Assembly: GCA_976551045.1 (NCBI GenBank)
Contig: CDPCPM010000060.1
Span: 4,712,001-4,776,000, forward strand
DNA: 64,000 nt
From: Glaucostegus cemiculus
Lineage: Eukaryota
Direction: 5' to 3'
Below, piece after piece: positions 50,151 through 61,799 of this stretch (position 1 is the stretch's first letter; each line of letters opens with the position of its first letter). The notes under the pieces are model-generated. The model did not search any database, was not told the origin of the DNA, and saw only the letters and a list, made by a program, of their open reading frames with translations. Made by a program: the position numbers and the translations under genes.

Positions 50151-53100
50151 ATCCACCACTGACTACTGTGCTACCATGGAGTGGGCCTGGATCCCTTTCA
50201 CATGCAGAAGGAGACCTGACACATGCCTGAAGCCCTCACTTCAGTTTGGCCCTATCCTTCAGGTGACAATCCTGATCCACTATCCCCAGTTTCACATGGT
50301 CTGCCTCCCAATGGCACCCCTATCCACTGTTTGCTTCCACTTCCTCTACCTACCCCTTACTACATCTCTTTTCCTCATCATAACACTACTCCACCCCTTC
50401 TACTCAACCACTAGACCTCAAGGCATGATTCATCCTGAATTTCCAAGAAAGCACCTTGAAAGAAATAAACATTTAATCACACTCTTTCTCCAGATTGGTG
50501 ACAATATCCACATGTCCACCAAGGTTTAAACTTAACTCCAAAATTACTTTTTAACCAACACATGTGTCACACAATCATTATAATACAGGCAAATGAGGGA
50601 GTTACTTTTGGTTAGTCCAACAGCTTGAATACTCTCCGCTCTATTCTTGGGACCTTTTACTTCGATGGTGAAGACAACAATCTCAGTACTGCACCAAAAC
50701 ATATAGGAAGGCTTGAATTCACATTCAGGTAGTCCTCTCATTCTGAATCAATTCAAACTGATCTTCTCAATTAAGATTTCTTTTTTTTTAAATGCTACTT
50801 TCCGTTCTACAACTAACCTTTTCTACAGTTTACAGTTAAAAAAAAATTCTGAGAGCTCAATTTCTTCCCCTCACCCCCTCCAAAAGCCTATAATGAAAAC
50901 AAAATGCTACTCATTTCATAGAACCAAAATATTTTGTACAATATTAAATTTGTAATTGCACATTTTCAATACCTAGTGAAGATACTGATACTGCTTCAAA
51001 GCCAACTTGATGAAAAGCAACATCATCAGATGGTTTTCTTGAAGTGTGGGGAAATTTGATGTCATAAAAATTACTGTATTCCACCTTAAATGACCAAATC
51101 CTGATATGAATTTGAAACGCATCACAAGTCTTGCAATCCATTTTCTGAACTTTTCACAAACATTGTCCTACAACTGTCACTTGAATGTGATAATGCTATA
51201 TAGTTCAAACAATAATTCCCAGTTTGGAATATTATTATTGCCAGGTACTTATACAAACCAGTAAAAGCTGCACTGTGTGCCAGGAAATAAGTAGTGTTAA
51301 ATCTTGGATAATGAAATATCAACATTCTAATAATATTTTCATCTTTCCGGTGAGGCAATTTTCTTTTGCCTGTCATGCATAATTTATCTGACAGGATATT
51401 TCATTGCCTACAAACAAACCAGCAGACTTGACATGAAAATACAAACATATCTGAAGAATCTGAAAAGCTGTGCAGTAAATGCCACCCACATCCTCATCTC
51501 TCAAAAGAACTTACCCCAGAATAAATTAAAATTCAGAACAAACTTCAAATTCTTTGCTGCTTTGCTAGCTTCCACGTCTCCTTTGAAATCCTCAGTTCAC
51601 TTTCCCAATAGAACCAGAGTTTGTGCAACTCTGGAAGAAGGAAGCAGTTTTCTTAAGAACACGAAAATCTTTTCAGACATCAAGAGATCTGAGGTCTTCA
51701 ATTTTTTTTTACCAACCACTGACAAGTTGCATTATAGGACTCCTATTTATTCTCTACCCACTGAAATAGCTCAGCAGTCCAGACTAGCCTCAGAACTTTT
51801 ATTTTGGTTGAAAGACCACATCATGCCGTCAGTCAAGCAGTGCACAGCTTTAACTGGGCTTCAGTCCAAACAGACATAAAACTATTCTAGTTGTGTCTAC
51901 TGTTACAGCCGAAATGTTCAAAAGGATTTTCTTGTGAAATCCCTGATAGTGGTTAATGGAGAGTGCATTTGGAAGATGGTTTAATGCACTTCACATCTTC
52001 AGAAAAACAAATGCAAACAAAATAATATAAATAGTATGACAAGTGTTGCTAGTGCAACAGAAGTATAAGATTAGAGAACAGATGTGCAACAAAAGCAGAA
52101 ATTCCAGGAAATACCTTGAAGAGCAATACACAATTTCAATAATACATTGCTATGTGAAACAGCCCCATGCTGTACAAATACAAAAGGTAAAAACCACGTC
52201 AATACATACCATTCACTTAAGCAGAGCTTTAACCCAGATTCCAGTAAACAGATGTTGCAGCAGTTAGACTGCTCCTGGATTGTTATATTAAATTCAGGTG
52301 TTTCCTCTTAAAGTTGCATTGTTGGCAGCTGCTAATTTGAGGCCTGCTCAGGTTTTTCACTAAAAATCCTGGCAGTTTTTTCATCAGATAATTTTAAAAA
52401 TCAAGTTAAGCACTGCTAATAAAATTGATTCATTTCTGATTTCAGACTGAAGGAATTAAGGTAAAATATGACATCTATTATTGCTGTAACATTATGTCTT
52501 ATGTTTACTTTATAGTATCTATACTCTATATAGATTTATCTACATGTGCACTTCTAATGGGATGGGTCATGCATCAGAAGCATAATCTGCACATTTGGGT
52601 GCATTGTCACCTGTTTGGGGCATCACAGGATGGTCAGTGAATGCCAGCATTAGCAGAGATGGCTACATTTCATGAGTAGTCTCTAAGGATCTGCTGAATA
52701 ATTTTTCAGCTATTGAACTGCTCAGAAGATAATTGCCAGTATCTGCAGAAATTAGTGCAATGCGATCATGGCATCTGACGTTCACTGGCAAGAATTTACA
52801 ATCATGGAACTTCCCTAAAGTGAGGAGTAAGCCATTCAACCCTTTGAACTTATGCTGTCATTCAATCAGATCATGGCTGAAATGTACTCAATTTATCTGA
52901 ACTATCTTTGTTCTATATCCCAATCATTTTCTTATTTATTTTATATTCTAAAGACTTTGTACAATTTTATTCCCATTATCTAAAGATACCAATTGTAAAA
53001 ATTGGTATTTTTAGACAATTGGAATAAAAATCAATTCAGAATTGTTGTCTTTAAAATGCTATCATATGAGACCAACAAAAGACATGTAGCGTGCCTTGGA

Positions 53101-53284
53101 ATTAATAATGTGCTATCCTTCCATTATCATCAATAGATGTGTTACAGAGAGTTAGGATTTAATTAGGACAGGTGTTTCGCAAGAAATACCTGTTCAAATT
53201 GTTTTTACTTCCACAAAGTAAATAGCTATTAACTCATTTAAAGCCAGTTGTGCTGATTTTTTCAGGCTCGAGTTTTTTTTTGGA

Positions 53285-56200
53285 TACAAGAAAATAGGAG
53301 GAGAAGTAGGCCACCAGTCCTCTTAAGCCTGCCTCACCATTCAAGGCTGATCTATGCTGGCCTCACCTCTTCTGTACCGGTTCTGCAAAAACCCTCTCAG
53401 AGGAGAAATTACTAAACACCTATGTTTTAAATGACCAACACCTTATTTTGTATCTATGTCCCCTTGTTTGTAATTCTCCCACCAGTGAAAACATCTCTAC
53501 ATCTACCTTGTCAATCCTCCATAGGATCTTGTATGTTTGAATAAGGTCAGACCCCATTCTTTGGAACTCCAAGGAATACAGATACAACCGTCTAGCCTCT
53601 CTGGATAGGACAACCCTCTTATCCCAGGAATTAACAGTGAATATCCCCTGGACCCTCCCCAGTGCTACTATATCCCTTTCTATTCATAAGGTAAGTGTTC
53701 CAAAACTGTATCCCTAACGTCACCTCATCAACACCTCATACAAATGTAAGGAAACCTTCCCATTCTTAAACTCTAACCCTTTCACAATAAACACCATTTC
53801 CTTTCTTAGCTATATGTGGACCAGCCTGCTAACATTTGATTCATGCACAGGAGCACCTAGATACCTTTGAAATTCACTCATTTTTCAGGTCTCTCTCAAT
53901 TTAGATAATAACCTAACTTTTGATTCCTCTTACTGAAGTGCATGATCTCACATTTTTCCACATTAAACTCCATTCACCAGGTTTTCACCCAATCACCCAA
54001 TCTATCTATATCCCACTGCAGAATCACAATGTCCTCTTTACAACATGCCCTTCGACATATCTTGTAACATTGCAAATTTGGAAACTTTACATTTCATTCC
54101 TGCTTCCATGTCATTAGCGTACACAGTAAACAAGTGAGGGCCAAGAATTAATCCCTGTGATACTCCACTATTTATGTCCCTCCAGCTTAATAAAGATCCA
54201 TTTATTCCAACTCTGTTTTCCATGAAACAGCCAGTTTTCAATCTAATACATTTCCTCCAGTATCTTGGGCTCTTAATTTATGCACCTTGCCAAATTCCTT
54301 TCGAAAACTAAATTCATTACAGCAGAGCCCTGGGGAGTGGTACAGAACGGAGGGACCTTGGGATACAAGTACATGGTTCACTGGAAGTAGAGTCACAGGT
54401 ATACAAGGTAGTGAAAGGAGCTTTAGGCACACTAGCCTTCATAAGTCAGGGCATTGAGAATAAAAGTTGGGAGGTCATAGTGCAGTTGTACAGGATGCTG
54501 TTGAGGCCATACTTGGAATATTGTGTTCAGTTTTGGTCACCTGCTATAGGAAAGATGTTATTAATCTGGAAGGAGTACAGAAAACATTTACAAGCAGGCT
54601 GCCAGGACTTGAGGACTGAGTTATAGGGAGAGGTTGGACAGGCTGGGACTTTATTCCTTAGAGCATAGGAGACTCAGAGATGATCTTACAGAGGTGTATA
54701 AAAATCATGAGAGGCATAGGTATAGTGAATGAACTCAGCTCCCCACCCCTGCCACCAGAGTTGGTGAATCAAGAACTGGAAGGCATAGGTTTAAGGTGAG
54801 AGGGGAAAGATTTAAGAGGAACATGAGGGGCAACTTTTTTTTTTACACAATAGTCATATCTATGTGGAATCAGCTGCCAGAGGAAGTGGCTGAGGCAAGT
54901 AGAATAACAACTTCTAAAAGACAGTTGGATAAGTACATGGAATGAAAAGGTTTAGAAGGTTATGGGCCGAATGGTGGCAAATGGGACTAGCTTGGATGGG
55001 GCACTTTGGTCAGCATGGATCAGTTGGGCGGAAGGACCTGCTTCTGTGCTGTATGATTCTATGACATCAACAAGTTCCTTTCAATCAACTGTTCTAGTCA
55101 CATCCTCAAAGAATTCAAGCAAATTTGTCAATCATGATTTACCTTTCATAAAACTATATTGAAGAGGTATGATTATATTAAGCTTTCCCAAATCATTAGC
55201 CATTTGCTCTTTGTTTACTGACTCTACTATCTTGCCAACAATGGCTGTTAAAATATCTGGCCTGTTGTTCCCCACTGTCTGTTGTCCACCCTTTTTTTGA
55301 ACAAGGGAGTTATATTGTCTGTTTTCCAATCCTCTGAATTTAGCAAGTTTTGAAATTTTTCAACCAATGGGTCTACTATCTCTGCAGCACCTTCCTTTAA
55401 AACAAAACAAAAACAAAAATGGGTGCAGGCAACGTCCCAGTGATTTATCAACCTTTCGCCCTCTGAGTTTCTCAAATACTTTATCCTTTGTGATTGGAAT
55501 TTTTATAATCATGTTATTTGAAATTGGCCCATCTATTATCTCAGGGATATTTGCTGTGTCCTCCACAGAAAAGATTTAATATTTCTGCCATTCCTGTGTT
55601 TCCTGTTATTAATTCATCAGCCTTGTTCTTCAGAGTCTCACACTTCCCTTAGCTGCCTTCTTTCTATTTATATACCCACATAAACCCTTAGTGTTTGTTT
55701 TGATAATACAGGCAGGTTTTCTCTCAAAAATCAATTTCCCCCTTATGAGTTTTAAAAAAATCTTTTGCTGCTAGATCCTAAAACTTTCCGAGTCCTCAGG
55801 CCTACCGCCACCTCATGCCACTTCATGTGCCTGACTTCTCAACTTAATGTTATCCTTGATATTCTCTGTTATTTACGGATTGTGCCCGTTTCTCATTGGA
55901 TATCTCTTTCTAATTGGAATAAATTCCTGCTGAGCATTATGGACCAGCTGTTTGAAAAGCTGCCCCTGGTCATTGATTGACCTGTCTCTCATCTTATTTT
56001 CCTAGTCTACCTTACACAACTCCATCTTCATATCATTATAATCACCCTTAAGTTGAAGAACATGGTTTTTGTCCTGTGGTGTCCACCCTCAAATTGCATC
56101 TGGAATTCTTTCCTATTGTGGTCACTATCCCCCAGGAGATGTTTAACCATAAGATCTCTTACTATTCCTTCCTCAATAATCATGACCATATCTAAAATAG

Positions 56201-56436
56201 CCTTTTCCCTGGTAGGGTCTGTAAGATACTGTTCTAAGAAGCAATTCCTGGCACATTCCATAAATTTTTCTTCTACAATGCCCTTGCCAGTTTGGCCTGT
56301 CCAAATTAAAATCTAATTGCATGTTCCCTTCAAAGATATCCTAGATATTTCCCCACTTATGCTCCACCTTATAGAGGGGTAATATTTCAGGGGCCTATAG
56401 ACGTATGTCTTCTTTCCCTTGCCTATTCATGATATC
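53285..56436 (-). mobile_element. Old CR1 (APE to 3' UTR) hosting two later CR1 insertions; continues at 60342-60420
   Basis: Minus-strand ORFs: FLEQYLTDPTREKAILD..LGDSDH, NNRPDILTAIVGK, SGVSQGLILGP..KFA; 3' UTR near 53290-53360. Confidence 0.85.
54321..55064 (+). mobile_element. 5'-truncated CR1 inserted antisense into the older CR1
   Basis: LAFISQGIE...RPYLEYCVQFWSP; tail GCTGTATGATTCTATGAC. Confidence 0.88.
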
Positions 56437-56466
56437 GGTATCTTATCCTAGATTCGATAAGATATC

Positions 56467-57090
56467 GAGAATCGGTATCTTATCCTAGATTCCGTTGGAG
56501 GGGATGACCCGGCAGAAGAAGATCATGGCAACCGGGACATTGACACCGCACCTGGTACTGTGGTCAGGGGGGTTAAGAGCAATATAGTGGTTATAGGAGA
56601 CTCGATAGTGAGGGGGACAGATAGCAGATTCTGTGAGTCCGACAATGTATCCCGGATGGTGTGTTGCCTCCCTGGTGCCGGGGTAAGGGATATCACGAAC
56701 CGGTTCCAGAATATCCTGAGGAGAGAGGGGGAACAGCCAGAGGTCTTGGTACATGTTGGCACCAATGACATAGGCAGGAAAGGAGAAGGGGTCCTGAAGG
56801 AAGAATACAGAGAGTTAGGAAGGAAGTTGAGGAGAAGGACCCCTAAGGTGGTAATCTCAGGATTGCTGCCTGTGCCACGTGCAAGCAGTAGCAAGAACAG
56901 AAAGATTTGGCAAATAAACGCGTGGCTTAGTGACTGGTGCAGGGGGCAGGGCTTCAGATTCCTGGACCATTGGGACCTTTTTTGGGGGAGGGACGACCTA
57001 TACTGCAAGGATGGGTTACACCTCAACTCAAAAGGGTCCAGAGTCCTGGCGGGATTATTTAACATAGCTGTTGGGGAAGGTTTAAACTAA
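56467..57090 (+). CDS. CR1 ORF1p, SGNH/GDSL esterase domain (N-terminally truncated)
   Basis: Open frame ENRYLILDSVGGDD...VVIGDSIVRG...VHVGTNDIG...KDGLHLN...GEGLN*; the GDS, GxND and DxxH blocks are intact. Confidence 0.9.
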   Translation, partial: ENRYLILDSVGGDDPAEEDHGNRDIDTAPGTVVRGVKSNIVVIGDSIVRGTDSRFCESDNVSRMVCCLPGAGVRDITNRFQNILRREGEQPEVLVHVGTNDIGRKGEGVLKEEYRELGRKLRRRTPKVVISGLLPVPRASSSKNRKIWQINAWLSDWCRGQGFRFLDHWDLFWGRDDLYCKDGLHLNSKGSRVLAGLFNIAVGEGLN

Positions 57091-60000
57091 TCAAGCAGGG
57101 GGATGGGACCCAGAATATTAGGGTAAAAGTAGATAGAGGAAGGCAAGAGTTTAATAAAAATAGGTCAAAGTTAGTGCGTGATCAGGATGGCAAGACGGAC
57201 AGGCAGGTAATTAATCAAGGTAACATGCTGAATGACAATAGTACAGTAAATAAGGATATTAGGTCACAGAATGTTAGACGAGAGGTGGAGGCAGATAAAA
57301 AGAAGTCCATGACAGTGAGCAGTCAGGATCGTAAGAAGGGCGAGGAAATGGAAATTAAGGATAAGTTGCTCAAGAAAGGAAGCGCAACAAAATCAACAGT
57401 GGTTAATGAGCTAAAGGTATTATACTTAAATGCACGTAGCATCAGGAACAAGGCAGATGAACTAGCAGCACAGCTGCAGATTAATAGATATGACATTGTG
57501 GCAATTACTGAGTCGTGGCTGCATGATGGATGTGACTGGGAGCTCAATGTCCAGGGGTACACAGTGTATAGGAAGGATAGGCGGGAAGGTAGAGGGGGTG
57601 GTGTGGCCATGATGGTTAGTAATGAGATAAAATCAATAGAAAGGAAGGATATTAGGTCAGATGAAGTGGAAACTTTATGGGTGGAGCTAAGGAATAGCAA
57701 GAGTAAGAGGACAGTTGTAGCTGTTGTATATAGGCCCCCTAATAGCAATCAGGAGGTAGACCATAAGTTGCGGTTAGAGATAGAAAAGGCATGTCAGAGT
57801 GACAATATCAAAATAATTATGGGTGACTTTAACATGAAGGTGGACTGGGAAACCCAGCAAGGCAGCAGTTCTCAGGAGAGCGAGTTTGTTGAATGTTTAC
57901 GGGATGGCTTTTTGGAACAACTTGTTGATGAGCCCACCAGGGGATCGGCTGTTTTGGATTGGGTGTTGTGTAATGAACCGGAGGTGACTAGAGAACTAAG
58001 GGTAAAGGAACCATTAGGAACTAGTGACCATAATATGATTGAGTTCAGAATGAAATTTGAAAAGGAGAAGCTGATGACTGGAGTGTCGACATTTCAGTGG
58101 AGCAAGGGGAATTACAGAAGGATGAGAGACGAGTTGGCCCAGATTGATTGGGAATATAAGCTTGCTGGAGGGACGGCCGAACATAAATGGGTGGAATTTA
58201 AGCAAGTAATAAAGAAAATGCAGGACAGACACATTCCAAGAAAAAAGAAGGTTTTAAATGGAAAAAGGGCACAAATGTGGATAACGAGAGAGGTGAAAGC
58301 TAAAATAAGAGCAAAAGGGAGGGCATATAAGGTAGCAAGAAAAAGCGGAAAAACAGAAGACTGGGAAACTTTTAAGAACCTACAGAAAGAAACTAAGAAG
58401 GTTATTAGAAAAGAAAAGAGAAATTACGAAATGAAGTTGGCAGAAAATATTCAAAAGGATACTAAGAGTTTTTTTAAATATATAAGAAGCAAAAGAGAGA
58501 CGTGGGTTGATATAGGACCGATAGAAAATGAGGTGGGAGAGATTATTATGGGTGATAAAGAGATGGCGGAGGTGCTAAATCAGTATTTTGCGTCGGTCTT
58601 CACGGTAGAAGATATTAACAATATACCGGTTAGTCAAGGGTCTCGAGGGACGGAATTAAAGACAGTTAAGGTTACGAGAGAGAAAGTGTTGGGGAAGCTA
58701 AATGGGTTAAAGACTGATAAGTCTCCGGGACCGGATGAGATACATCCCCGTGTACTGAAGGAAGTAGCTCTAGAAATAGTGGAGGCATTAGTGATAATTT
58801 TTCAGGAATCGATAGACGCTGGAGAGGTGCCGGAGGACTGGAAGGTCGCAAATGTAGTTCCATTGTATAAGAAAGGTGGGAGACAGCACAGAGGAAATTA
58901 CAGACCTATCAGTCTTACATCTGTGGTGGGGAAGATACTAGAATCGATCCTCAAGGATGAGGTGATGGGATACATGGAGGTGCAAGGCAAGATAGGTCCT
59001 AGTCAACATGGATTCGTGAAAGGAAGATCCTGCCTGACCAATTTATTGGAGTTTTTTGAAGAAATCTCAAGCAGGGTGGACAAGGGAGAGGCCGTAGATG
59101 TGGTGTATTTAGACTTTCAGAAGGCATTCGACAAGGTGCCGCACAAAAGACTAATTAGTAAGATGAGAGATCACGGAATAACGGGCAGGATAACAGAATG
59201 GGTGGAGAGTTGGCTGGATGGCAGGAAACAGAGGGTGGGAATAAAAGGATCGTGTTCTGGTTGGCTGCCGGTTACTAGTGGTGTTCCGCAGGGGTCGGTG
59301 TTGGGGCCCCTTCTTTTTACCTTATATATTAATGATTTAGACGAAGGAGTCAATGGGTTTGTGGCCAAGTTTGCAGATGACACTAAGATTGGGGGAGGAG
59401 TGGAGAGTATTGAGGAGACAGGAAAGCTACAGAGAGACTTGGATATTCTAGGAGAATGGGCGAAGAAATGGCAGATGAGGTTCAACGTGGAAAAATGTGC
59501 AGTTGTACACTTCGGAAGTAGAAATGGAAGGGCAGACTATTATCTAGAAGGAGATAAAATTGGAAGCACAGAAGTACAAAGGGACTTAGGGGTGCTCGTA
59601 CAGGATAACCTAAAGGTTAACCGCCAGGTTGGATCGGCAGTAAGGAAAGCGAATGCTATGTTGGCATTTATTTCGAGGGGTATAGTATATAAAAGCAAGG
59701 AAGTGTTGATGAGGCTATACGGGGCACTGGTGAGGCCTCACTTGGAGTACTGTGTGCAGTTTTGGGCCCCATACCTTAGGAAGGATGTGCTGATGTTGGA
59801 GAGGGTTCAGAGGAGATTTACTAGGATGATTCCTGGGATGAAAAAGTTTACATATGACGAGCGACTGTCGTCACTTGGACTGTACTCGTTGGAGTACAGA
59901 AGAATGAGAGGGGACCTAATAGAAACGTACAGGATGTTGAAAGGAATGGACCAAGTGAATGTGGTCAAGCTGTTTCCCTTGGTGGGGGAATCCAGGACAA

Positions 60001-60209
60001 GAGGACACAAACTTAGAATTAGAAGAAGCAGGTTCATAACAGAGATAAGGAGGAATTTCTTTAGCCAGAGGGTGGTGAACCTGTGGAACTCCTTACCACA
60101 GAGAGCAGTGGAAGCCAGATCATTGGGGATATTCAAGAAGGAAATAGATAGATATCTAATTGGTCAAGGTATCAAGGGATATGGAGATAAGGCAGGGATT
60201 TGGACTTAG
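57081..60209 (+). CDS. CR1 ORF2p: AP-like endonuclease + reverse transcriptase, uninterrupted
   Basis: The 1011-aa ORF in the track (57174-60209) is open upstream to 57063. APE motifs LNARS, TESW, YRPP, GDFN, SDH; RT motifs [12 protein letters not shown]. The start is given at the slippery site; the true initiation mode is unknown. Confidence 0.95.
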   Translation, partial: FKLIKQGDGTQNIRVKVDRGRQEFNKNRSKLVRDQDGKTDRQVINQGNMLNDNSTVNKDIRSQNVRREVEADKKKSMTVSSQDRKKGEEMEIKDKLLKKGSATKSTVVNELKVLYLNARSIRNKADELAAQLQINRYDIVAITESWLHDGCDWELNVQGYTVYRKDRREGRGGGVAMMVSNEIKSIERKDIRSDEVETLWVELRNSKSKRTVVAVVYRPPNSNQEVDHKLRLEIEKACQSDNIKIIMGDFNMKVDWETQQGSSSQESEFVECLRDGFLEQLVDEPTRGSAVLDWVLCNEPEVTRELRVKEPLGTSDHNMIEFRMKFEKEKLMTGVSTFQWSKGNYRRMRDELAQIDWEYKLAGGTAEHKWVEFKQVIKKMQDRHIPRKKKVLNGKRAQMWITREVKAKIRAKGRAYKVARKSGKTEDWETFKNLQKETKKVIRKEKRNYEMKLAENIQKDTKSFFKYIRSKRETWVDIGPIENEVGEIIMGDKEMAEVLNQYFASVFTVEDINNIPVSQGSRGTELKTVKVTREKVLGKLNGLKTDKSPGPDEIHPRVLKEVALEIVEALVIIFQESIDAGEVPEDWKVANVVPLYKKGGRQHRGNYRPISLTSVVGKILESILKDEVMGYMEVQGKIGPSQHGFVKGRSCLTNLLEFFEEISSRVDKGEAVDVVYLDFQKAFDKVPHKRLISKMRDHGITGRITEWVESWLDGRKQRVGIKGSCSGWLPVTSGVPQGSVLGPLLFTLYINDLDEGVNGFVAKFADDTKIGGGVESIEETGKLQRDLDILGEWAKKWQMRFNVEKCAVVHFGSRNGRADYYLEGDKIGSTEVQRDLGVLVQDNLKVNRQVGSAVRKANAMLAFISRGIVYKSKEVLMRLYGALVRPHLEYCVQFWAPYLRKDVLMLERVQRRFTRMIPGMKKFTYDERLSSLGLYSLEYRRMRGDLIETYRMLKGMDQVNVVKLFPLVGESRTRGHKLRIRRSRFITEIRRNFFSQRVVNLWNSLPQRAVEARSLGIFKKEIDRYLIGQGIKGYGDKAGIWT

Positions 60210-60604
60210 AATAGTAGGTTGTTGTTTTTTTTTTTTTTTTTTCCCCCCCCCACCTTCCCTTCCCTTCCCTTCCCTTTGGAGCAGACTCGATGGGCCGACT
60301 GGCCTGCTTCTGCTCCATTGTCTTGTGATTTTGTGATTTTGTGATATCAACCCAAGCTGATTTTACATTACTGTCCACCAGCTCCATATCAAGACTCAAA
60401 GCTGCTCTGATACCTTCCTCGAGTCACAATTGACACCGTTCGCTCCTTGAATAATTGTAAACATATCAGTTATCCCTCAAACAACACCATTCTAAAAGAA
60501 ATAATCTGGTCATTATCACATTGTTTTTGTGAGCTTGCTGCATGTGAATCGAATGCCACATTTGCTGCTTTACAATAACAATTATTCTTCAAAAGTTCTT
60601 ACAA

Positions 60605-61027
60605 ATTCCTACAGTTGTACAGTGGAGAGCATTCTGACCACTTGCATCACCACCTGGTATGGAAGCTTCAATGCACAGGATTGAAAGAGGCTGCAGTGTT
60701 GTAACTCTCCCCACCATCGAGGACATCTTCAAGGCGGCGGCAGCATCCATCATTAAGGATCCTCACCACCCGGGATATGCCCTCTTCTCATTACTACCAT
60801 CGGGGAAGAGATACAGGACCCTGAAGATCCACACTCAACATTTCAGGAACAGCTTCTTCCCCTCTTCCATCAGATTTCTGTACAGTCCACGAACACTACT
60901 TCGTTATTCCTGTTTTGCAGTATTTATTTATTTAGTGACTTTTAGCAATTTTTATGCCTTGCACTGTACTACTGCTACAAACAACAAATTTCACAACACA
61001 TATCAGGGATAATAAACCCGATTTTGA
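60605..61027 (+). mobile_element. Rex1/Babar 3' fragment
   Basis: YSCTVESILTTCITTWYG, IIKDPHHPG..LFSLLPSGKRYR..NSFFP; ends AATAAACCCGATTTTGA. Confidence 0.85.
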
Positions 61028-61799
61028 AGTTTTGCATTAGTTCTGAAATTATTTGAGTTATTTTGAGGTCAAGGAAGACACCAAATAAATGCAAGGTCTT
61101 TTTATTCAGAAGTCCTCTATTCTTTTCTCTTTCCTGTTTTTCATCAGCATAGTCTTCTTTGGCATGAAGATGTGGCTCTACACGTACAATAATGACTACC
61201 TCTTCTCTTGAGCCCTCCATTGCCTTTATGTTATCAGATTGCTTGTCTGACATCCAAGCTTGGCTGAGGACGAATGTAAACCAATGAACCATTTGAAACA
61301 CTAAAGTCATCAGCCTCAGTGTCGGGGAAGAATGATGCAGCATGTGCTAAAGTGTGAGACTGGTGCATTTCATGTATTTCAGCTCAGCCACTAAATATTG
61401 TTGCAGTGAATAATGAAGGAAAGGTTTGGAGAATTGCTTATGATATAAAAGGTAACTGCCAATGTGACCAAAAAAATAGTCAGATTTGTATGCGAGCCAA
61501 ACAAATTTGTGATATCATAAAATTCCTTTGCAAATAAAGGGCAATTAACAGCTTGCAAACAAGAACCATGGAATGATTTAACAGTTGAATGCCATAATGA
61601 GACACTTGATTTGTTTTCAAGTGTGACTTACATTGGGAGTAATGTAGCTGGAAATTCAATCATACAGGACTGTTTTTGTAGGATTATGCAACTGAAAATC
61701 AAGAGCTTTCTCAGAGTGAAGTGTGCTATCGACCATTTCAGTTCATTTCCTTTGAATCTGGAAATTTGACATCATAGTTCCAGACACAAGTCACCCTTG

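Larger units (their letters stand above)
56437..60341 (+). mobile_element. Young 5'-truncated CR1 LINE with TSD TGATATC
   Basis: TSD at 56430-56436 and 60342-60348; partial ORF1 and intact ORF2; tail (TTTGTGAT)-type octamers; CpGs retained. Confidence 0.97.

Noticed and set aside
56485-60136. Antisense ORFs over CR1 ORF1/ORF2 (also 12742-13674 and 40514-41008)
   Set aside because: These are shadow frames of LINE coding sequence with no independent motifs.
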